Positions 1-10,870 of a DNA stretch of 64,000 bases are shown here, one piece after another (position 1 is the first letter of the stretch; the number at the start of each line of letters is the position of its first letter). Location: contig NC_043007.1 of NCBI RefSeq assembly GCF_006345805.1, forward strand, positions 77,128,001 through 77,192,000, in the 5' to 3' direction. The notes below the pieces were generated by a model. It worked only from the letters and a program-made list of their open reading frames with translations. It did no database searches and had not been told where the DNA came from. Both the position numbers and the translations under genes were made by a program. Origin of the DNA: Octopus sinensis. Its lineage: Eukaryota.

Positions 1-25
1 ATATATATATATATATACATATATA

Positions 26-188
26 CGACGGGCTTCTTCAGTTTCCGTCTACCAAATCCACTCACAAGGCTTTGGTCGGACCCAGGCTATAGTAGAAGAC
101 ACTTGCCCAAGATGCCACGCAGTGGGACTGAACCCGGAACCCTGTGGTTGGTTAGCAAGCTACTTACCACACAGCCACTCCTGCGCCT
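26..188 (-). mobile_element. SINE family A, tRNA-like head half
   Basis: Reverse strand reads AGGCGCAGGAGTGGCTGTGTGGTAAG...GGTTCAGTCCC (A/B-box-like), then a CTTGGGCAAGTGTCTTC CORE-like block; about 20 related copies in the window. Confidence 0.9.
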
Positions 189-279
189 ATAGAGTATATA
201 ATTATTATTTTTATTAACGGGTCATCCATATATAAGAGGTGGCTGATTGTTTTGCCGTAACATTTGTATCCGCATCCAG

Positions 280-895
280 TTAGCATGTCAGATAAAGGTG
301 TGAGTGCCAAGCAGAAAAGGAGTGGAGAGAGCGTGTTTCCCTGGAATATTCCTCTTCTAATGGGGATGGCTGTGGTTTTTCACGTCTCCCTCTTTTGTTT
401 GGAGCTGTAAGCACTGTCTGCCATTTATTCATAGAGTGTCTTATGCATTTTATAATTATTGGTGCTACCTTATTAATGGCTAGTGTTTCGAGAATCCACG
501 TGTGGGGAATACTATCAAAAGCCTTTCGGTAATCGATCCAGGCCATACTGAGGCCTTTCTTCTTTATGCAGCTGTCTTCAGTTATGGACTTATTGATCAT
601 TAGTTGATCATTACAGCCGCATGAGTTCTTGCAGCCTCCCTTCTGCTCTTCTGGAAACAGGTTATTTTCTTCAAGATGCTTCCTCAATCTCTGCGATATT
701 ATTGCAGTAAAGGCTTTGTAAATTGTAGGGAGATAGGTTATAAGTTTGTACTTTTGTGGTTTTGCCGTTTCAGTGGATTTGGGAATTAGGATAGTTTTCC
801 CTTTCGTGAGCCATTCAGGCATTGTCTCTGGCTATGCTAGTATGTCGTTAAAGTTTTCAGCCAGCTTTTTGTGTATTCTTGTCAGATATTTTAAA
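280..895 (-). pseudogene. Dong/R4-clade (RLE) LINE reverse transcriptase fragment
   Basis: ORF 280-822 has RT motifs WLTKGKTILIPK, ITYLPTIYK, EEQKG, DQLMIN and WIDYRKAFDSIPH. The frame extends upstream through a stop (KYLTRIHKKLAENFNDILA*PET) and degenerates downstream. Confidence 0.88.
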
Positions 896-1096
896 CAGAG
901 ATGCATATATTTTCAGCCACTAAGGAACATGCTCAACTGGTTATGGTCGAATAACTGACAAGCAAATCTGTGGTATTGAGCAGAATATTTGCTGTAGCCC
1001 TTCTTTTATAGCAAGACAAAACAATGCACATTATAACACTTCTAATCAGTTAAGATCAGAAGCCATGAGAGCCAGTACCTGGTACTGCATCAGGGC

Positions 1097-1144
<48 letters not shown>
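896..1144 (+). mobile_element. 5'-truncated LINE-like 3' end with (ATT)n tail
   Basis: 896-1100 closely matches about 1499-1703 and ends GGTACTGCATCAGGGCATTT, followed by (ATT)n. Confidence 0.75.
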
Positions 1145-1145
<1 letters not shown>

Positions 1146-1844
1146 GAGTGAGAGAGCAGTGCATGCCATCAAAGTGACACTGGGGTAAAATATACGAAGC
1201 CCAATATACCCATCATGACTACCCGTCTGATAAAGGTACACCAGGCACATGCATCACAACCATATGTGCGCGACATGGTGATCTCATATCAAGATAAACA
1301 GCACATGACCTTGTAGGTGGGCCCCAGTTAGAATTTTCTTCAGGTTGAGTAGCCCATCCCGCTCAAAAGGTCCCTGAATAAGGGTTGTTTAAGGATGTTG
1401 AAAGAACCACCCATGTTTCCAGAGGTGAATTATTCAAACCCCAAAGAATCCCTCTCAACACATGGCTATGATGCTCCCCCACTACTTCTGCTCGTGATCA
1501 GAGATGCACATATCGTCAGCCACTAAGGGACATGCTCAACTGGTTAAGGTCAAACAACTGACAAGCAAATCTGTGGTATTGAGCAGAATATTTGCTGTAG
1601 CCCATCTTTTATACCAAGACAAAACAATGTACATGATAACACTTCCAATCAGTTAAGATCAGAAGCCATGAGAGCCACTGCCTGGTACTGCATCAGGGCA
1701 TTTATTATTATTATTATTATTATATTATTATTATTATTATATTATTATTATTGTTATATTATTATTATTATTATTATATTATTATTATTATATTATTATT
1801 ACTATTATTATTATTACTATTACTACTACTACTACTACACTACT

Positions 1845-1881
<37 letters not shown>

Positions 1882-1882
1882 C

Positions 1883-1955
<73 letters not shown>

Positions 1956-1981
1956 TATTATTATTATATTATTATTATTAT
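1145..1981 (+). mobile_element. Longer copy of the same LINE-like 3' end with a compound (ATT)/(ACT)/(ACC) tail
   Basis: Same terminus as 896-1100 and 50994-51113; followed by about 280 bp of trinucleotide repeats. Confidence 0.75.
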
Positions 1982-1984
1982 ATG

Positions 1985-2150
1985 AAGGCGACATGCTGGT
2001 AGAATCGTTAGCACTGCGGGCAAAATGCTTAGCGACATTTCACCCGTCTTTAAGTTCTGAGGTTCGAATGCACTTCATCTTTTCGGGGTCGATAGAATAA
2101 TTACTAGTTGAGCAGTAGTGTCGATGTAATCCCTAGCCCTCTGCCTCCTA
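1985..2150 (+). mobile_element. SINE family B, diverged copy
   Basis: GGCG...GAATCGTTAGCAC...GCTTAGCG head, GTTCGAAT B box, TTTCGGGGTCGATA core. Confidence 0.8.
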
Positions 2151-2399
2151 AATAAACTTTTAGTTTTAAATCTGTTAACATCTTACATATGAATGTAATA
2201 TCAGTGTCTCTAGTTATTCTCAGACTAAGTTTTCATTCTTTTCTATTTTGATTTGGCAGGCGTAAACATAGCTCTGTTTCTTTAGAAGCTTGCTGTGTAA
2301 CTACGTGGTTTCGGGTTCAGTCCCACCGCGCGGCACTTTGGGCAAGTGTCTTCTACTATTTTCCTGAGCTGACTAATGCTTCCTGAATGACTTTCTTAG

Positions 2400-2700
2400 A
2401 CTGAAATGATGAGGAAGCCTGTCGCAAGAGAGAACGGGACGGGGTAAACGATGTGAATGCAGCGTACCAAAAGCACAAGTACCTTTAGGCCAAACATGTC
2501 GCAAGGTTCACAGGCAACAGATAGACCCGTGAAGTTGCTGGGTGGTATCCAAGAAATTTGAAAGAGGCCACTTGGAAGGCTTACACGACGATGGGTAGAC
2601 GATTTATCAAGCGATTTGCTTGAAAATGGAAAATAATGGCACACTCAAGACAGAATTGGAAGCGCGTTGTGACCAGTGGTGTATGACAGCATCTGATGAT
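2400..2700 (+). pseudogene. RTE-clade LINE 3' end (RT C-terminus)
   Basis: Frameshifted translation KHVARFTGNR*TREVAGWYPRNLK..LGR..RRWVDDL..QNWKR matches the RTE consensus WAGHVAR..W.P...KRP.GRP..RW.DD. Confidence 0.8.
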
Positions 2701-4610
2701 CTGGTCAATACTTTGATATTGTGATACAGTAGCCAATCCTTTATTTAAGACAGTACTCTCTGTGTTTTGAGAGATATTTAGCTGCTATGCATAGCAGTTC
2801 AAGTAACAACATACAATTTCCTTTGTTAGAAGGATGTCCTGTGATAAATTGAAGCATAGCACATCAGGAAATTTATATCTGTAAAACTAATTTGGGTTGC
2901 ATCAACGGAATCCACTACATTATTTTGCTTCTTTTTTTTTTCCTATTAAGGAATAGAAGTCTAAGTTTAGTTACAGACAAAATCGAGTATTTTGCATGTA
3001 AATTTCTAAATTTTGGCAGAGATCCGTGAGCAAATCACAGGAGTATTAAAAACACTGACAATCAATTGAACCGTTGAATGAAAACATTAATGGTTCTAAG
3101 AAGCTTATTGATAGAAGTTATCTTCAAAAGCAAACAAATCAAATTTATGGATAATTAAGCCAGCACCTATTATTATACTAGACCAAAGGCTTAGTGACAT
3201 TTCTTCTGGCTCTTTATGTTCTGAGTTCAAATTCCACCGAGGTCGATTTTTTTTTTCTTTCATCATTTTGAGTTCTTTAAAAATGAGTACCAGTCCAGCC
3301 CCGAAGATCGATGTAGTCGGTTTCCACCCAACCACCCACCCTTGCAAATTGCTGACTTTTGCCAATTTTAGAAAGAAAAGTTTATAGGCGTTGGAGTGGC
3401 TGCGTGTTAAGTAGCTTGCTTACCAACCACATGGTTCCAGGTTCAGTCCCACTGCGTGGCACCTTCGGTCAGAAATAATGGAGTTCCAAATTCTGTCAGG
3501 AGAGTTTGAACAATGTTAGAGTCATAGGGTTTCGAATTGGATCCCTGTCAGAGTCACGACTTGATTCAGCTAAAACTTTGGGTGAATCAACTTTGTGATA
3601 AGGAAACTAAGTGTGAAATATAATATTTATCCCCACTCAAAAGTGGTTGTTGAGTTAGAATACTGCGTTATTTACCAAGAGAGAACCTTTCATATGGACT
3701 TATGATGCACATGGACCTCGTGTTCATATCGCTAGCTGGAGACTGAGGCCATAGTAGAAAACACTTGCCCAAAGTGCCATGCAGTGGGAGTGAACCCTGA
3801 ACAATGTGGTTCTGAAGCAAGCTTCTTACCACATGGCCACCCCTGCCCCTTACATACCTACATACACACAAACACACACACACGCATCTATTTAGGGGCC
3901 AGTCTCACTGTGCCTCACCTTGGTCAAATATCTTCTACTATACCCTTGAACCGACTACAGTCTTGATATATGTCTATATCTGTGTGTGTGTGTGGTGTGT
4001 GTGTGTGTGTGTGTTCGTGTTGCTTTTTTTCACATCTAACACCACTAATAGATAACCGGTTTTTGGTAAGCATATATAACTGACTTTTAAAAATAATAAG
4101 TACATGGATTAATTTGCTCCTTTAAACACTTTAAAGCAGAGCCCCAGCAAGCCGCAAACCAGTGACTGAAGTAAAAGATAAAAAAGATAAACACTTTTAG
4201 CTATTTTTCTGAAAATCGATCAAAATCGACTGAAGGGAAACCTGGTTAGTTTGATTAAAGGGAAACAATCTACAAAGTAGCCTCCCTTGGATCCATTACA
4301 ATAGTCAATGTTTATATGTACAAGGCGTTTTTCTTCGGATATTTTTGAATCTTTCAGCCGATGCCTCTCGTTAGCGGAGAGAAGGCATGATGAGCAAATA
4401 TGGACCTATTGTCCTCTATTTTATTGATGGTATAAATCCAGGCGTGAATGTGTGGTCAACACGTTCGCTTTGCAAACACATAATTTCTGGTTCAATCCTG
4501 CTGCGCGGCACATTGGACTGTTGTCTAAATATTGGTCTGCTCCGAGGCAATCAATGTGCTGACCTCTTCTAAGTGAATTCGATAAACGGAAACTTGTTGA
4601 AGCTTTCGTG

Positions 4611-4641
<31 letters not shown>

Positions 4642-4929
4642 TGTGTTTGTGTTTGCGTGCGTGCATATGTATATATGTACATATTTATATGCGCGTCTGT
4701 ATAGTAAGAACTTTCCTTCCCAACCACGATACGGAACCTTCGGCAAGTGTCTTCTACTATAGCCTCAGTCCGACCAATGTCATGTGTATGGATATGGTAG
4801 ACGAAAATTGAAAAACACGTCGTGTATACATATATATATGTTTTTAGCATCTACCCATCTACACACACAATCACGCACACACATACACACACAAAAGTTT
4901 TTGTGCATCTTGATGCTGACATAAGTTCC

Positions 4930-5212
4930 TTACTTTTCCTGATGAGAAGGCGGCATAATGCACCCCTTATTCCTTCGAAATTAGAATATGCAGTCTTCGA
5001 AACATATGTCGAAAATAAAATAAAGGAATTTTGTTAATTCGTCGTTCAACTCCATTCTTTCATTTATTTGTATTCAAAAAAACACACAAATTTCTACACG
5101 ATAGCACGTGATCTCTGCCCTAGGCATGTAGCTTCAACCGTGTTTTTCTGACGTGAATTTGCTACCCAGGTATCGGTTAACCGAATTATCCATAATAAGA
5201 TAATTCATTCAA
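4930..5212 (+). mobile_element. Hammerhead family 1 unit (diverged single copy with 3' tail)
   Basis: Homologous to 5500-5785; ends GATAATTCATTCA like the other family-1 tails. Confidence 0.8.
4934..5015 (+). ncRNA. Type I hammerhead ribozyme, family 1, intact core
   Basis: Stem I TTTTC(4934-38)/GAAAA(5011-15); CTGATGA 4939-45; stem II GAAG/CTTC with a long loop; GAAA 4999-5002; stem III AC-ATAT-GT; GUC cleavage triplet 5008-10. Confidence 0.75.
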
Positions 5213-5287
5213 CTACTCAATTATTATGCATATATATATATATATAAATGAATGGAGTCGAACGAAGATGTTAACAAAATTCCTTTA

Positions 5288-5369
5288 CTCTCGACATATG
5301 TTTCGAAGAAAACATGGTTTCATTCCAAAGGAATAAAGGGTGCATTATGCAATCTTCTCACCAGGAAAG
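5288..5369 (-). ncRNA. Hammerhead family 1, core variant CUGGUGA
   Basis: Exact mirror of 5504-5585. Confidence 0.65.
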
Positions 5370-5503
5370 AAAGGGAGCCTCTCTCGACAACAAGACAAAC
5401 AAAAATTTCGATGACTGCCTACATGGTAAACAAAACATTTTGTTTACCATGTAGGCAGTCATCGAAATTTTTGTTTGTCTTGTTGTCGAGAGAGGCTCCC
5501 TTT

Positions 5504-5585
5504 CTTTCCTGGTGAGAAGATTGCATAATGCACCCTTTATTCCTTTGGAATGAAACCATGTTTTCTTCGAAACATATGTCGAGAG
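5504..5585 (+). ncRNA. Hammerhead family 1, core variant CUGGUGA
   Basis: CTTTC-CTGGTGA-GAAGA..TCTTC-GAAA-C-ATAT-GTC-GAGAG; A6>G change in the catalytic core. Confidence 0.65.
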
Positions 5586-5784
5586 TAAAGGAATTTTGTT
5601 AACATCTTCGTTCGACTCCATTCTTTCATTTATTCATATACAACACACAAATTTCTGCACATGAACCCGAAGTTTCTACCCTTGGACAGGTCGCTTCAAC
5701 CGTGTTTCTGACGTGAATTTGCTACCCAGGTTTCGGTTCAACGAATTTTCCATGCTGACGATAAACATAGGATAATTCATTCAC

Positions 5785-5833
<49 letters not shown>

Positions 5834-6339
5834 GCGCGCGAGTGTCTGTGTGTATCTGTGTGTGTTTGACCCCTCTACCTCTTGGCAACTAGTATTGGTG
5901 TATTACCGTCCCTGTAACGGCAACAATTTCGAGGTGGTGCCCCAGTATGACCGCAGTATATTGTCTGAAAGAAATTAGATAAAGAGAAAAGGATAAAACA
6001 TATATTTAATTATCCAGAAAGGATAGAAAATCGATGTATTTTCAAAGCAGCTTTCAGTCCTAGCACGAGGTTATCTATGCTCTTGAATTGCAGTCTTAAG
6101 TAAGACCGAAATTCCGCTGGTGTAGAAAATCCAGGTGTCACTCAGGTAAATCCAATGAGTGGGTCTAGCGAACAGTAAGATATAATCTACAGGGGAAGAC
6201 AAAGAGTTTAGCGAATATTTAATTACCAGTTACAATTTTTTCAGTACCACTCTGTTTTTAACGACATTGCAGGCAAAATTTCCATGTAAAAAGTATTTAC
6301 TGTTCTTTGTACTATAGGTAAAAGGCCTAGGATATTCTA

Positions 6340-6510
6340 GAGAGGGAACTAGTTGTCTAAATCGACACTAGTGAGTAACTGGTACTTATTTCATCTAACC
6401 TCGAAAGGATGAAAGGCAAAGTCGACCGCGGCGAAATGTGAACTCAGAACGTAAGGAAGGACGAAACGCCGCTAAGCATTTCGTCCACTATGTTAACGAT
6501 TCCGTCAGCC
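6340..6510 (-). mobile_element. SINE family B
   Basis: Plus strand GAAAGGATGAAAGGCAAAGTCGACC..GAACTCAGAACGTA is the reverse complement of the family core. Confidence 0.85.
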
Positions 6511-6786
6511 CGTTTCTTTGAAAAGTGGCATTACTAGTGGCATAGTCTGTGATGGCAAATTACAACAGTCTGTAATGGTAAATTAAGTAGTGTGGCCAAG
6601 ACTGTTTTCTATGGGAGTGGCTGGAGCAGTTGAATAACTAGCAGCAGTAATGATAATAGTCGTCATGGTAAAGCTATCCCCACTGGGGTTTTAACAGAAC
6701 TCTTTGTTTCATATGAATAACATGCATATCTATATATCTATATATATACACACTCATATATATACACACACCTATGTAGACACACA

Positions 6787-6857
<71 letters not shown>

Positions 6858-7035
6858 ATAATAAAATTAGGGAATAAATCTAAATTTACAGGGAAAAAAT
6901 CAGATTTAGGATTAAATCCAATTTTATAGTAAAATATTATATAATATTAATTCGAGACAAAACCACTATTTTGCAAAACAAACAAGGAAAGACTTAATCA
7001 ATACATAAAAATTTTTAATATAAAGAAATAAACCG

Positions 7036-7078
7036 CCACTACAATCGTTTCATGTCTTCAATGACATTCGTCAGGTGG
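7036..7078 (-). ncRNA. Minimal type I hammerhead ribozyme, family 2
   Basis: Mirror of 7147-7189. Confidence 0.8.
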
Positions 7079-7146
7079 ATTTTCTATCTCCTAATCTGTT
7101 TTAATTTATGAAGTCATAAATTAAAACAGATTAGGAGATCGAAAAT

Positions 7147-7189
7147 CCACCTGACGAATGTCATTGAAGACATGAAACGATTGTAGTGG
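7147..7189 (+). ncRNA. Minimal type I hammerhead ribozyme, family 2
   Basis: Stem I CCAC/GTGG; CTGACGA 7151-57; stem II ATGTC-ATTGAA-GACAT; GAAA 7174-77; stem III AC-GATT-GT; GUA triplet 7183-85. Confidence 0.85.
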
Positions 7190-7306
7190 CGGTTTATTTC
7201 TTTATATTAAAAATTTTTATGTATTGATTAAGTCTTTCCTTGTTTGTTTTGCAAAATAGTGGTTTTGTCTCGAATTAATATTATATATATATATATATAT
7301 AAAGTC

Positions 7307-7526
7307 TCAGTGTTCCGAGTTTAAAGAGTTAAGTCTCGGTCGATCTTTTCTTATGAAATGCATTTCTTTGCTAATGCATTCATTTTGGCTAGCATTGCTT
7401 TTGAATTTTAATAATGGAAAAGTTGAGAAAGTGGGAAATTTGTTGGATGCACATTCATCTATGTTTTCTCTGACAGGTATTTTCCTGTATTCTGGAATTC
7501 TAATCTGAGATTTGTGCACCGCCAGC
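7307..7526 (-). pseudogene. Penelope-like element GIY-YIG endonuclease, C-terminal half
   Basis: RLAVHKSQIRIPEYRKIPVRENIDEC...F.TFPLLKFK...KEMHFIRKDRPRLN resembles PLE endonuclease ends (R..VH..QI....IP..EHI..C..E..FI...P.LN). The first ORF residues come from a SINE-B scrap at 7527-7555. Confidence 0.65.
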
Positions 7527-8721
7527 CTCGAAAGGATGAAAGGCAAAATCCACAAAACAGCCTCTGACGTAGGCTGTTTTTTGTGTGGCTAATATATTGC
7601 CGTTTGCATCCCGAGCATGTAATTATGTAAATCAAATTCTCCGATGCACATCTATAGTTAGTTTTTATGGTAAAATTTTGGCCTTATTCTAATCGGTAAT
7701 CTGATGCTTCTATTATGTTGATATAGAACCCTCAGTTGGGTCTCCCGCACTTTTTTACTGTCGGCTTTGTAGCTGTCGTTTAGTGTAATTTGGCCGGGGT
7801 TAAAATCTTCATTGATTTTGGCTGTCTCTTACTTTTGATGATTGTGTGTGTTTTGAAGATTATATATACAAAATGAAAATAAGCAACAGGATATCCAGAG
7901 GTGATGTAGTACGACTGTTTCAAGCAGCTCCATTTAATTGAACAATGCAATCATTACATCAATTTAAATACAGGGCTATCCTCAGCTGCATAAATAAATA
8001 GGATTTTTTAATCTGTTGGACACATTTTTATAATTTTACTCAAATTCACTAATAGAGCAAGAAGAGGGAGAAAGTCCATGTTGCTACTAATGTGACTCAA
8101 AATATATTACACTTCTAAGAACTGTATAAAGTTTGTTAGGGTTCTAGCTTGCAAATGATTTGCTTTTAATTTATTAGTCTTTTATATATTTTTTATCAAC
8201 TACCAAATCTAAGGCTAGCGGACAGTGTTTGTTAAGAATGGATGGACAGAGTGAGCTGATAGTTGATAGTTGGGTATGATCATAAATTTAGTCAGGATTT
8301 AGAAAATGTAATTGTCTATAAAGGAGGCTGGGTAAGAGAAGACCCTAAATCAAGATGTTAAAAGGCAAGACGTTAATAAAACCTATAATGTTAATACAGA
8401 GGAAATTATCATGGGGTACAATGGATGATTGTATATAAACAATATTGTTATGTTGTATGAAGATAAATTTTAAGATTACTAAAAATGCTGTTATAACCAG
8501 AATAGATAAACTGTGTATATATGTCAATTTTCAACACTAGAAAGGGAAGATAACATAGAATTAGCTTAATATTCATGCTTATACTTAATTATATACTTAT
8601 AAGGTGGTTTCTATAAAGATTGCTCTGGGTATTTACTCATGGAATACGGGGACAATAAATCATGCTATCACCATATTAGTTATAAGCTAAGAATATAAAT
8701 ACATACATAGATACATAAATT

Positions 8722-8930
8722 GTAAATTCAGCTGTTCTGATGATTTCAGAGCGTATAGGATGCCTTTTACGCTTTGATACTGGTGATAGGTTTCCATCTT
8801 CACTCTCTAACTCCTTACAAACTTTGTAGACGAAAGATCTGGCAACTTTTAAATCTCGAGGTATTTTTAAATCACTATGCTCCGCCTTTATAACTACAAT
8901 GACAACATGCCTCTTCATTTCTTGAGTAAG
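8722..8930 (-). pseudogene. Tc1/mariner (maT-like) transposase N-terminal HTH fragment
   Basis: LTQEMKRHVVIVVIKAEHSDLKIPRDLKVARSFVYKVCKELE...KRKRH..RSEIIRT.EF; typical paired-like HTH plus basic linker, no catalytic domain. Confidence 0.7.
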
Positions 8931-8933
8931 CTG

Positions 8934-9088
8934 ACGGGCTACTTTCAGTTTCCGTCTACGTACCAAATCAACTCACAAGGCTTTGGTCGGCCCGAGGCTA
9001 TAGTAGAAGAGACTTGTCCAAGGTGCCACGCAGTTGGACTGAACCCTAAACCATGTGGTTGGGAAGCAAGCTTCTTACCACACAGCTA
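8934..9088 (-). mobile_element. SINE family A head half
   Basis: Matches 26-188. Confidence 0.88.
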
Positions 9089-9214
9089 TTCCTTAAATAT
9101 ATTTATATACATATAATGGAGGATTTATGGAGGTGCACCAACACCAGCTTTCAGTGCCCCCAGCATGGCCACGACCTTCAAGCTAAAACAAGTAAAAGAT
9201 TAAAAACAGAGTAT

Positions 9215-9370
9215 ATGGCTGTGTGGTAAGTAGCTTGCTTACAAACCACATAGTTCCAGGTTCAGTCCCTCTGCATGGTACCTTGGGTAAGTGTCTTCTA
9301 ATATAGCCTCGGGCCAGACAAAGCCTTGTGAGTGTGTTAAGTAGACGGAATCTGAAAGAAGCCCGTCGTA
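9215..9370 (+). mobile_element. SINE family A head half
   Basis: GGCTGTGTGGTAAGTAGCTTGC...GAAGCCCGTCGTA, then (TG)n. Confidence 0.88.
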
Positions 9371-9377
9371 TGTGTGT

Positions 9378-9415
<38 letters not shown>

Positions 9416-9544
9416 TGTGTGTGTTTATATGTGTGTGCATGTCACTACTCAATTTTATTTCTAGATTTATTACCACTAGAGAAAGAGCCGGTTTCTAACC
9501 TAGATCCAAGATTCCTTCATTGGAATTTCAGCATCTTATTTTGC

Positions 9545-9957
9545 TATGTATGTATGTATGTATGTATGTATGTATGCATGCATGTATGTATGTATGTACG
9601 TACGTATGTATGTATGTATGCATGTGTGTGTGTATGTATGTATATGTATGTAGTATGTATGTGTATGTATGTACGTACGTATGTATGTATGTATGTGTGT
9701 GTGTGTATGTATGTAGTATGTATGTATGTATGTATGTACGTACGTATGTATGTATGTATGTATGTGTGTGTGTGTATGTATGTATGTATGTATGTATGTA
9801 TGTATGTATGTACGTACGTATGTATGTATGTATGCATGTGTGTGTGTATGTATGTATGTATGTATGTATGTATGTATGTATGTACGTACGTATGTATGTA
9901 TGTATGCATGTGTGTGTGTATGTATGTATGTATGTATGTATGTATGTATGTATGTAC
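9545..9957. repeat. (TATG)n compound microsatellite with about 70-bp higher-order units
   Basis: Recurring TACGTACG and GCATGTGTG variants. Confidence 0.95.
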
Positions 9958-10038
9958 GCCACTTTGAGACAGTTTGTTTCATCGTTTGTATTCATGTTGA
10001 TACGTGTGTCCGCATATGTAGGTATGTACGTATGTTTC

Positions 10039-10081
<43 letters not shown>

Positions 10082-10870
10082 GTGTGTGTGTGTGTGTGCG
10101 TGTGTGTGTGTGTGTGTATGTGTGTGTGTGTGTGTGTCTCCTCTTATTCTATTTATTCCTAAGAATCTAGACCAAATAAGATAGATAACTGTGCTGACCT
10201 TAAAACATCAACACCACAGCGTAACCTAATAGTTTGCAGGTGTTCGTTTCGACTGTTAAATTTCAAGTATCGTTATGACTGCCAGCGCAATAGAATAAGG
10301 TTTAAGCAGCGAACAAAAAGTTTCCTTTGTTAATAACGTCACCAGCGTATTTTATGGTTTTATATCTACTTATTGACTGGTTGTACCCTCGCTGGAAAGG
10401 GCTGGCCGTGTCAATAGATATTGAAGATAACGTTGGAGATTAAATGATAGAAGCTATTTATGGATGCAAGAATTTATGCGTTCTGGTGTGTGTGTGTGTG
10501 TGTGTATATGTGCGTGTGCTTGTGCGTTTCTGTGTGTGTGTTTGTGTGTTGTTTGTGTCTTAGTGTCAATGTTGTGTTGCGTGTTTGTTCGTGTGTAATT
10601 GTGTGTTGTGTTGTGTGTGTGTGTGTGTGTGTGTATTGTGTGTTGTGTTCGCGTGTTGTATGTGTGTGTGTATCTGTCTGTCCTATTTTTGTCTTTTAGT
10701 CTTGTACGTGTCATGTGTGCGTGTGTGAGTGTGTATGCGTGCGTGTGTGTGTGTGTGCGATGTGTGTGCGTGCGTGTGTGCGCGCGTGTACTACGTGTGT
10801 AGTGTGTGTCTGTGTGTGCGTGTGTGTGTGTGTTCGTATGTGTATGATATAAATGCTGGTCAGTCTTATA

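Larger units (their letters stand above)
5250..5785. mobile_element. Fold-back hammerhead element, family 1 (186-bp perfect arms plus tail)
   Basis: Arms 5250-5435 and 5438-5623 are exact reverse complements around a 2-nt spacer; the right arm continues into the family tail to about 5785; (TA)n on both sides. Confidence 0.9.
6853..7286. mobile_element. Fold-back hammerhead element, family 2
   Basis: Arms 6939-7111 and 7114-7286 are reverse complements (one substitution seen) around a 2-nt spacer. 6853-6938 is inferred to be the tail of the minus arm. (TA)n flanks. Confidence 0.88.

Noticed and set aside
5252-5621. Twin 87-aa ORFs on opposite strands
   Set aside because: A by-product of the palindrome; no protein motif.
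7895-7965. Hammerhead-like relic on the minus strand (TGATGTA/TACATCA stem, GAAAC..GTA)
   Set aside because: CUGANGA core absent and stem II unpaired.
9374-10184. Overlapping MYVC/HTYI ORFs (also 16-17 kb, 24-25 kb, 40 kb, 51-54 kb, 57-62 kb)
   Set aside because: Pure microsatellite translations.
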